Under the pieces are notes generated by a model that saw nothing but the letters and a program-made list of their open reading frames with translations, did no database searches and was not told the origin of the DNA. A DNA stretch of 64,000 bases from Octopus sinensis (Eukaryota). Position numbers and translations under genes: made by a program. Below, one piece after another: positions 1-11,900 of the stretch. Each line of letters begins with the position of its first letter. Position 1 is the first letter of the stretch. Location: positions 3,224,001 to 3,288,000 of the forward strand of contig NC_043012.1 of the NCBI RefSeq assembly GCF_006345805.1, read 5' to 3'.

Positions 1-1161
1 AATTCTCAGGTTGTGCAATCTGGATTATACCTGAGGTGGTTTCATGGCAAAGAATTCATCAAGGTATCTTTTTACGTCATCCAAGGAATTGAAATTTTTA
101 CCATTAAGACTATTCTGCAGAGACCTGAATAAGTGGGAATCTGAAGGAGCAATATCTAGTGAATATGGAGGGTAGGGTAACACATCCCAGCTAAGCTACA
201 GCAATTTTGTCTGGTTCCCAAAGAAACGTGCGGTCTTGCATTATCATGTTGGAAAACAGCACCCTTCCCATTGGCCAATTCTGGATGTTTCTCTTGAATT
301 GCTGCTTTTAACTCATCCAGTTGTGTGCAGTATTTCTCAGAATTAATTGTCTGGTTACTTGGGAGAGGCTCATAGTACAGAATTCCTTTCCAATCCCACC
401 AGACACAAAGCAAGACTTTTTTAGAGTGAAGACCCGCTTTTGGGGTGGCTAAGGGTGGCTCATGTCACTTACTCCAGGATCGCTTTCTCTGAACATTTTG
501 GTAGATAATCCATTTCTCATCACCAGCCACAATTTGCTTTAAAAAAGGTGCATTTTCATTCCATTTATAAAGCGAATTACAGATGGAAATGTGATCCAAA
601 AGGTTCTTCTCATTCAACTCATGTGATACCCGAACATCGTAGCAATTTGTGTACCCAAGCTTTACCAGGTGCTCGTGAATGATGGATTTTGATAGGTTGA
701 GGTTTTCTGCCAATTCTCGGGTTGTACAATGTGGGTTATTCTCAATTAATGACTTGATTTGGTCATCATCTGTAGTGGACGGGTTGCCAGCTAGCTCTTT
801 ATCAATAAGGCTACAATCTCCAGTTCGGAACCTTACGAACTACTTCCGTACAGTTCTTTCGGGTAAAGAAACATCACCATAAACTGCGCATATTTCTTTC
901 GTTGCTTGTGCGGCATTTTCCCCTTTACGGAAAAAGAAAAGCATCAAGTGCCGAAAATGAACTTTATTATCTGCCATTTTAAAGGGTTACAGAATTAACA
1001 CAGGTTATAGGAAGATAAACCTTCTTCCACAAAAAGATAGCTTAAACTGTGCTCTAAATGGAGGTGTAGTCAAATCCTATTTTATGGACTCAACCATGTT
1101 CTAAAATAAGTTGATAGGTAAGCTACTATAAATTGGCATGAACTTTCCAGACAACCCAATA
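1..1161 (-). mobile_element. Degenerate Tc1/mariner (mariner-type) transposon, 5' part
   Basis: ORF pieces VWWDWKGILYY...FQHDNARPH and WIIYQNVQRKRSW; TIR-like end (ttgggttgtctggaaagttc) at ~1135-1161. Confidence 0.88.
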
Positions 1162-2279
1162 TATACTTGAATAAATTGAAAATATATATCATCCTTGGGG
1201 GTTAACAGTGTTCATATCCATACAACCTATATGCACACATTCAATAAAGATAAAAAGCATAAATCTATATGCATAAACGCATATATAAATATATTGGGTC
1301 ATCCCATAAATAATGTGGTTTTTTATACATCCTTTACTTTACAAAATTAAAATAAACAAAGTCCATTTTTAATCTCCCTGGCCACATAGTTGGCATGACT
1401 TTTGTTCTATGTGTGGGGTTATAAATTTCACTATGTTCAATTATAATGAGTGTTGGGGATTTTGATTTTTAAGTTGCTAGATGTATTCAGCCAATGAAGT
1501 AGTGGGCCAATTTAGGCTTTGTGTATGAGGGGATGTGTGTGTAAATGTGCTTCTTAAAGTTGTTGGCTGTGGCTTCAACATATTCTCTTGTAGTTGAACT
1601 GGTAATCACTTGACATCTGTAAATGATGCTTTTAGCAAAGCAGTTTCTTTTCAAAGGGTACTCAAGTGTATTTTTATAATAACAAGTTTTAGATGTAGAG
1701 GCTCCTCAGGTTGGATATATCAGTGTCTGATATTTGTTCAGAGCAATTGTAGAAGTATGTGGGAGATATGAAACAGTGTTTGTAGTTAGAGCAGCCAGTT
1801 GGGTTTCATTGAAGGTCATTCTGCACGGAGAGAAGAGGAATTGGGAATGTATGATGCTGGAAATCAGGATCAGTAAAATTAAGAAGTTGACCATCAGATA
1901 TCAGAGGATGTACAACATTGTATTTTTTAGTGTAAAGTTATTATTCCCAGTCATGTTATCTGCAGGGTTGGGGTTGTAGAGTACAATAGCCTAACTATAT
2001 GGTTATTAGATACTTGGTAAATGTGTGTGTATGTGCATACATGTTATGCATTCACATGCGCACATGTGTGTTTATGTGTGTGTGTGTGTGTGTGTGCACG
2101 CATGCATGTAGAATGCTTTTATATAGATTTTTTTTTTAAATCACTAATTATATGGCTATTCAAATATATTTTAACCTTTACCAAGATAAGTTCATTGATT
2201 ATTATTCAGTTTATATTTAAATATATCAATATTGGATTTCTTTGTTTTCTTATATAGAAATTTTAATAATTTGACCTAC

Positions 2280-2417
2280 CTTTCTGGAATAAACTTATGT
2301 GGTTCTGGCCAGTATTCAGGGTCATGTTGAAGGCTATAAATAGATATGTCTATAGGAATGTCTTTCGGAATTATCCAGTCCTTTATCTTAACAGTTTCCT
2401 TGGCATACCTCTGAAGC
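2280..2417 (-). CDS. CYP left exon 12
   Basis: Identical to right (PER). Confidence 0.93.
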
Positions 2418-5400
2418 CTGTATAAATGAACAATAGGGAAAATTCTTAATTAATTGCAATATTTAATACCTAAGAATAATTCCATAAAATATACAGATAT
2501 ATATATTAAAGCGTCTAGCTGACACAATCATTAACAAAACAAGGAAAATGTTTTGTGTTGGGCAAAATGCTACATTCTGAGTTCAAATTCCTCCAGTCCA
2601 TATTTGCTTTTCACCCTCCCCGGATTCATTAAATAAATACTAGCTGAGCCTTGTGGGCCAATGTAATTGATTTACTGATCTCTGAAATTGCTGGTCTTGT
2701 ACCAAAATTTGAAATCAATGTACAGATATATTTACACATCAAAAGCAATAAAATATATTCCCATATTTTAGCAAACTCTTGAAAGTAAATGAAGTTAAAA
2801 TTATTGACTCAGTACTTAAACAGAGTTTTGATCACTATATATTTGAAGGTGATGGTCTGATATGGACACATCACAGCTGAATCACAGACACAATTCAGAT
2901 ATAATAAGAACACTGGAGAAACTCTTCTAGATTCTCACTTCATGTTTGTCTGAGACTGCCTCAATAATGTACAGACCATAATTGCAATAGAACACAATTA
3001 TAAGCACATCATTACTTCACTTTCGTTTGATAATGTAGCATTCTCTTTGAGACAGGAATATGAACTTATACATTTTATGCACAGGATGTTCTGTTATTAG
3101 GGCAATGACTGACTATTACATTTATGTTAATAGTAGGCATCTGTCGGTCTTGGGAGACCATGGATCTATGCCTGAAGAAATCATGTCAGCTGCTGATGGT
3201 GATGCAGCACGTGTTGTGGCTGTATAGGCCCACATGTGAGTGGTTGTATAGGCCCACATGAGAGTGGTAATCATGCATACAACGATTGCATTTAAAGAAG
3301 CTTTCTACAGGTGCTACTGGTTTTTCCTTTCATGAAGTGCACTTTTCTTTGGTTGCAAGTTCCTGTTTGTCTTCCACTTGCTTCACACACTTTTGCAATA
3401 TTTGTCTCCAGCATGGCGATCATTTGCAGTCTCCTCCCCTCTCAGAATGTCCAGAACCATCAACTTCATATCTTTCTTGCAGACGTACTTGAAACAAAGA
3501 TGAGGTTGTGCTCTTGTGCCAATGTCCAATTCTCCATACAGGATGTCCTTTGGGGCTCCCCCTGTCTGGCATGTGAAGTACATTTACATTATATCACAAC
3601 AACAAAGTAGATTTTTGCATGTAAACATATGATGTCATAATTTGTTGTAATGAAAGGTTATAAAATTTGGTACTAATATATATTTCTTATGGAACATATT
3701 TTTAAAAATCAATAAGCGGAAGTATTGATATAAATAGGGAGTTACAGAACAGGAGATATGCCATTGCTATTATTATGTATTTGGTAATATTATGTATTCC
3801 TTATGGAACATATTTTTCACACCAAGTGTAGAATATTGATATGAACATTGGTACTATCATACATTCCTTATGCTACTATTATGTTATTTGGTACTGTTAT
3901 GTGTTTCTTATCAAACACATTTTTGGTACTATTGTATATTTCTTGTGGAACACACTTTTCAAAACAATAAGGGAAGAATATTGATACAAATAGGGAGTTA
4001 CAGAATGGGAGATATGCCATTGAATATTGCAGCTTTCCTTTATAATTTTCTCCTCAAAATTGTTCGTTCACTTTTCAATTACTTGCTCTCTTCTCTTAAA
4101 AGAAGGCCATCAACAACAAGTAGTCTTATATCCCTTCTCTATAGTTTTCATTTGTATTTAAGTAGAATATATTCTATTAACAAACCATACAGTTGATACA
4201 ATTTAATGTGGAATATTCCTGATAGTAATAAATAAAATTCATAATGCATCACATTAGCTCACCTCTTTACAACAAACATTATTTAATTATTTCATGCACA
4301 TGTAAACATTGTAACACTACCTGAGTGATGCAGGATACATTCTAAGTAATTCAGACATACACATATCGAGGTAAGTTAGTGTGTTCAAATTTTCAACCGT
4401 AGGTTCTTCCTGCAAACAAATAAATATCAAATTCAATTCATGACACTGATTTGCTACTGAATCATAAATAAAATAAGTGAAATATAAGCATTTAACAAAA
4501 TACAGTTTAGGATTATGTTGATATTAGATTCACAATAGCTACTGTCATTTCCACACTTTTCTGAGTAATCACAATTGTCTTTGTTCATATTTTAATTTTG
4601 CAACCAAAATAATTATTCTATCTATATTAATATCCAAATAATATTAGTGAATATATATATATACACACACACACAAAGCAGTTATATCACAATCACCTCA
4701 GACATATGCAGCTGAGTAGCCTCTATAGTTAGAAATGTATCACTGGCTTAGATAGACTTCTAAAATAATTACTTTAGAAGTCTATCTAAACCAGTAATTA
4801 GTTATAATTAATGCTAAATTTCTCTAAACATTTGTATTCACTATGACTAGAACTTTTAAGTCACAGACAACCAAAATTTTAGAGTCTCATTAGTGATGAG
4901 CTAACCAATTGCAGATCTCTTGCATTATGTCTTAACACAAGTGCAATTCTACAATACAATACATATTACTTGAACTCAAAACTGTTTATCACATAATACA
5001 GCAGTACACATCACTACAACATCTCTGGTTTATGAATTATTCAGGTATTATTAGGTTACTGACTCGCCAGCACACCAGGTGAAATGCTCAGCAGCATTTT
5101 ATCCATCTTCATATTCTGAGTTCAAATTCCACTCAGGTGTTTTTTGCCTTTCATTCTTTCAGGGTTCATAAAATAAGTACCAGCCAAGTACTGGGGTTGA
5201 TGTAATCAACTTAGCCCCTCTCACCAAATTACTGGTCTTGTGCCAAAATCTTAGGGAAACTTACGTCACCAATGACATCCATCACTTCATCATATACCTT
5301 CTGCTGTATTTCTGGCTGAGTGGCAAGGATATATGAAAAAAACGACAACTCAGTTGAAGTTGCGAAGTGTGAAGCAAATAAGAACAACACCACCTGTGCA

Positions 5401-5586
5401 ACAATTTCTTCATCTGTTAAACCTATATTAATAAAAGATGATAAATTGAGCTTATGTTGCTATATAGTAAGATTGAAATATCCTGAACTAAGGATACATG
5501 TACATGTATACGACAGATAATGGATGTACATATGTATTTGTGTTCATTTTTGATTGAACCTAGTCATTTTACACATACATGATAAC

Positions 5587-5636
<50 letters not shown>

Positions 5637-5846
5637 CAAACACATGCTAAAAGAGATGTGAGGAAAAGTAAATAAATATAATTTATGCTATCTCTCTCTT
5701 TTTCTCACTCTCTGTCACACACATACATACAGCAACACACACACTTTCTCCCCCTCCTCTCTCTCAGTCAATCACACACTTGCTAAAAAAAGATGTGAGG
5801 AAAAATGAATTTAAAAAATGTTCAGTCACCCTGTCCCCTACATCTT

Positions 5847-5915
<69 letters not shown>

Positions 5916-8900
5916 CACTCACTTTAAATTTATTATTCAATTTTCAATAAGCTAAAATCTTAAATTATTAATTGACACATTATTAATTAGCATAATAGCA
6001 TAGCCTGGGAAAAAACATGGATTACATGGAAAAATGCAAGCAAGAGAAATAATATTCTTAAGATTATAAATCTGGAAAAGTTCAGGAAAAGTTATTACAC
6101 TTGGAAAAGTTCAGGACAAGTTATTACGTCTAGTAAAGTATAGAACAAGAAAATTTTTACTTAAAATATTGCAGCTAAGGATAAAATCTGAATATTAAAA
6201 ATTATTTGACTTTAATTTACGAACTAACATGATAATTAAAAAACATACCATCATTTTGTTAAAATAGTGACACATTAGATTACTTAAAAAATGAGAGCCA
6301 GAAGTACCAATATTGCTATAGTTTTATGCAAAGTAGAATAGTATATAAGGTAGGTAAATTCATTATGTAAAAAATAGGTATTGGGTCAAGACTGAAAATG
6401 TGAAGTCTTGGCAATAACTCGAGCAAATTTTACTGTAAATTTGTTGTTATACGTAGATTTTACAGTAATATATAATTAATTTTTGCATTATTTTATTTAT
6501 TGAACTAACTAATTATATATTTTTCATAACCTATTTTCAAATTTCTAATTATTAATCAATAATTAAAAAATTGAATTTTTTTGAAGGGTAAAAAGTATTT
6601 TGAGTTATATTTTATTTTTAATAGAAGTAACAAATGAAAGTAATAACTTGAAATACAATTTTTAGTTTTAATAAAAGCTAATATTTTCTAAATCTAAATA
6701 TCCTATTTGAAATTTTATCCTTAGCTGCAATATTTTAAGTAAAAATTTTCTTGTTCTGTTCTTTACGAGATGTAATAACCTGTCCTGAACTTTTCCAAGT
6801 GTAATAACTTTTCCTGAACTTTTCCAGGTTTATAATCTTAAGAATATTATTTCTCTTGCTCCCATTTCCCCATGTAATGAAACTACTGCTTCGTTAGATT
6901 TGTTTCTTCACACTGGCTTGCAACTCAATTTATGAACAGCTATGTTTTCTAAACAGTGTTTGGATGCTCTCTCTGTTGATTTGTTTTCTGATCTGGTTGA
7001 ACAAACAACTACTGTGTTGTGCTGGTTAGAGGACAGATATCATTATTATACCAATACTATCAGCCTTCCTTAGATAACTTAATTGCTTTTGCACATGTTC
7101 ACTCTTATCTGATAAGATTGCCTAAGAACCACTGTTTCTAATATCTACATCTTTCTCTTTCCCACGGACTTGTTTCATTTTTATCTGACATTCTGCTTTT
7201 GCATTTATATCTATAATTGTGTCTGGTGACTGCATTATGTATCTGCATGAGCTCTCCACTAGTTGGCATGAATGTTTCACTGTTCTCATTCTGCTCTCTG
7301 TCATGAGACGCAGAGAGCAGAATGAGAACAGTGTACCTGCTGTGGATCAAATAAAAGGTGAGGTCTGAAATTCCAATACAACAACCAAGTAGAACACAAG
7401 ATATCTGAAGAAGGCAGGAACATACAACAGCTGAAATGTAGTGAAAGCAACAATCAAGATGAGTACACCAGTTCAACTAATGTAAACAGTCAAATTTTAT
7501 ACTGTTTAAGACACCAAAGACCTTACAGGTTTTCATGGTACTGGTGATTAAGACATAATTTCAGACAACTGTTTGTCTGGGTCTTACGGAAGCAGTAAAA
7601 CCATAGCACAGAAAAGCACTACGCACCCTTGTGCATTGGTAAAGATTTTCACTGGCATATGTATTGCCATCAAGCATGCATCATGTGCTTTTTTTGGTGG
7701 TAGTTATAAATTACTATTGTACCTTCATGGTTCAATGATAGATTTCTTCCTAGTTAAGAGATTAGTTCGAGTGAGTGGTACTTATGTGCATACACATAAA
7801 AACGATCATGCACACACAGATATATATATATATATATCAATATACACACACAAATATATATAAATATATGTGTGTGTGTATATCATCATCATGATCATCA
7901 TCATGATTATCATCATTTAACGTCCGTTGTCCATGCTGGCATGGTTTGGACGTTTGACTGGGCTAACATGCTGGAAGGCTGCACCAGACTCAAGTCTGAT
8001 TTGGCATGGTTTTCTACAGCTAGATGCTCTTCCTAATGCCAACCACTCCGAGAGTGTATTTGGGTGCTTTTATGTACCACCAACATGGGCACCTAAAATA
8101 TGGTATCCACACCCAATATTGATTTTCCATCTTTGATCTCATTGTTGTTTACATGAGGCATGAGGGATATGAAATGTCAGAGCAAAATAAGTGCTGGCTG
8201 TATTTTCTACAGAAAATCTCTAGAGATAACCTTAACCTTAAGTGATGTAGTAGCACTGCTAACACAGTAGAACACAGGATTGACTTATCAAAATGTTTAA
8301 TATACTTTGTAGTATATTATGGTTGCATAATGAAATATGGTGTGCCCACAGATCATTACTATTCATATTTAGCTGATGAGACACAAAACTCTAATGTATT
8401 AGAATATTTATTTTATCAGATCTTAATAATGCCCAAATATTCTCACTGAGATCCATTATAGATTATTGCTCACATATCAAATATGGTGCTGGTACTACTA
8501 CACACACACATATATAGACATCCTAAACATTGTCCACAAAAAGGTCACCCAACTCACAAGCAGACTCCAGCCTCTGAAGCAAAGACATGCTGAGTTATAT
8601 TCCTCAGCTTTTCCTTTTGCTACTAAAATAATTCTTGCTTCTTTGAGCATCTCCTCTGAGCATTTCCGATTTACTCATTTCTTTTTCCCTCTTTCTCTGC
8701 CCAACCCCAATAGATCCAACACTAGTTATTGTGCCTTCAAAATCCCTTCCCTGATCATGTATTTTCTGCAGATGTTGATTTGCAAAAGTCATTTTCACTC
8801 TGTTCTATGTACACACTGACATTACCCTTCCAATGGAGCATACTGGCTTTACTTCCTTCAAGATTTGCATGTCCTTTGTAGTCATAGCCCATGTTTGACA

Positions 8901-11900
8901 GCCATGTAGCATAGCTGTACATACACAGGCATCATACAATCTGCCTTTCACTTTGAGGGAGAAGTGCTTTGTTACCAACAAATGTAGTAGCTCTTAGAAC
9001 TTTACCCGGCCTATTCTTACTCTAGCAACTATGCTTTTAGAGCTTCCTCCATCACTGCTAACTTGGTCTCAAAGGTAACAGAAGCTATCTACTACTTCTA
9101 AGGATTCCTGGGCATTGCAGGAAGTCTGTTCTCTGCACATTCTCAGTGTTTATTGTACCCACACATTTGCTACACACAAATCTATTTTCTCTGTTAAACT
9201 TCCCATGACACCACTACACCTTCAATGTGTTCAAAGCTTGCACTAAGTAGTTTCTACTAACACATTTCTTACATATTGAGCAGGGCTGTCTCCTTGAAGG
9301 GATTTGTGATTCATCTGTTTTCCCACTTAATAAGGCTTTGGTCTTTTCTCAGTGAATTTCTGCAGAATACTGCATCTAAAGCGTTCATATATATTTTGTA
9401 TATCAAACCTATATTTCAAATAATCAAAATTTACTTGCCTCTTTTTGACCTCCAGTCACTCATGTTCTCAAATGTGAGTGTTTCCAGTTCGTGTTTCATA
9501 TCATCATCAATTTTATCAACATTTTCAAGTTTTGCATCCAACAAAAGTTGGAGAAAATCATGTCTTACCTAAAACCAACAAGAAAATCTAGAAATATTAA
9601 ACAGCTGAATAAAATTACTGAGGTTTTAATATAAATATTAGGCATTCTAAGTACTAATTTTAGAAATATCCAATCACTGGATTTTACTGGTAGATTTTTT
9701 TGGACAAGTGGAACATTACTATGAATGAGATGTATATTGTGATATGGCAAAATTGCGTTTTGGTATTCTATAGACATATGATGAACAGAGCAGTAACATA
9801 GAAAACTCCTTTTCAATTTCTTGTAAATTCAGTTAAATAGAAACTGTAATAAGGAAATGCAGAACATATATTTCATATTTTTCAGTAGACAGTATATAAT
9901 TCTAATTCTCACTGTCTAATCTCATTTCCTCACTAGAAAAAAATGTTTTTCTTGCTGGTTATAAAAAACATTTTAAAACACATTGACTGAAAACATACTA
10001 TGAAATGCTCAATAACATTAAATAAATTTCAAATATTACCGTTTTATTTTTTCTCCGTTCTGCTATAACATCTTTGGAAAACATAGAGATAGAGTGCAAT
10101 GAACTGGAAAAGTTAGTGTTGATTCCGAAAGTACCCAGAATTTTTGGAATTACTGGAAATAACACTGAAACAACAAATGCACAGGCTAATTAGTACAGTT
10201 GATTATATTGGCGATAAAAATTTGTATTCCATGTAATAAACCAATAAACCTTAGCAGTTTTCTTGAAACGAATGATATACATGTTAATAAATAAACTCAC
10301 TGATCAAAACTAGAAACTTATTGAGAGTTCCTTTGTTTTTAGTGAAATCAACAATCAAAACAGATCCAAATGTTCTCAACAAGCTTACGTTCTATTTCAG
10401 ATGAAACTGTTTTTGCCTGTTTTGTGTTGATTTTGTAGAGGTAAATATTGTAAATGCAATGAAAGATAGGCTAGGTGCCTTGCTATCTCTAGATTTGTTC
10501 AATAGAAAGTGGAATTTTCTGGAGAGAAAACAAAAGGCTTCAATTTAAGACTTTCTAGAGAGTTTCAAAAGGTTAGTGTTGTATAATTCATGTACCTGAA
10601 GAGTGAAGTGCAATGATTTATTTATATATAAAGCCGAAAAAGGAGCTTAATTTCAGATTATTTTGTGACCAAAATAAAGGGATATTGTGATATTATCTGT
10701 GTTATTAGGCATCATTGATCAGAGCAGAACACCTGAGCACAGGAGTGCTCATTCCAACCTGTTATCTGCCCATATAGACAGGTGCACCAACATATAGCAT
10801 AGATAAATTAACAACAACTAGCTGAAGCATCGTTCAGTGAGAGATAAACATAACTGCAATGATGTCTGAGTTTGGCTTTTCTTTCTTTTCTGTATATTTA
10901 TCATAAATACAGTCTTTTATCTAATGTATAGAGGTTAAAATTTACACACACACGCGTACAGAAACTCATTTAAACATACATCGATACAAGCACACACATG
11001 ATGTGTGTCACTGCAATACACACAGTTAGCAACAATGAGGTCATATTCATTCAATAACATATCTTAAGAGAATAAGTAAATATTTACTTTGAACAGAAGT
11101 GATCGGGTCATAAAAATTGACATAAAAGAATTTGTCAAAGCATTTTATTAATGCATGATCTGGATTCTTCTGTGAATTAACTTCGATGCCAAACGCAGTA
11201 GATGCAATCATATCAACTGTGTAATGTGAAAATACTCTGAAATGAAAATAAAGAAATAAGAAACTAAAATAATACTAAAACTCACTTTGTTCTGCTCTTT
11301 TAAATACATTTTAATTGGGAACTATTGTTGTGCATTGAGTACATTTTAAAACAAAAGCTATGCTACTAGTATGTGACGTGATGGTATAGATTCAATTTAC
11401 AGGTTAAATTATTTCACATATCTTACATTGATAATAATTATTGGAAATGTATCAATTCCAGTTTTTCTCTCCAAATACAAAGCTATCATGCATAGTGAGA
11501 AAGACATGATTTCTTTTTTCCTGCTTATTATAAAATTAACAAATTGCTTGTAATTTTTCACTTCAATGGGTCAAATACCTACACTGGTGCTTTTTGGCAT
11601 AGACAGTACAATCCTTACTCTGCCTCAGAATGCTGAACCTTTCAGAAAGAGATGACAAAGGACCAAGATACCTGGCACCTTGCTGTACTCAAGAAGACCT
11701 ATCCTCCACAGCAGAAGTGTTATGGTAGCATTCGCTGGTGAAGGGGATTGGCCTGCAAAAGTCCTGTGCGGTTGCCATATAAAAGCAATTGTGTTGGTGC
11801 CATGCTAAAAGCACCCTACACACATTGTAAAGTGTTTGGCATTAGGAAGAGTATCCAGCTGTAAAAACCAAGCAAAATCAGACTGGAACCTGGTGCAGCT

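Noticed and set aside
3680-4030. Repeated units resembling a CRISPR or spacer array (also 35514-35770 and 15560-15965)
   Set aside because: Degenerate eukaryotic minisatellite or local duplications; no constant repeat with unique spacers and no cas genes.
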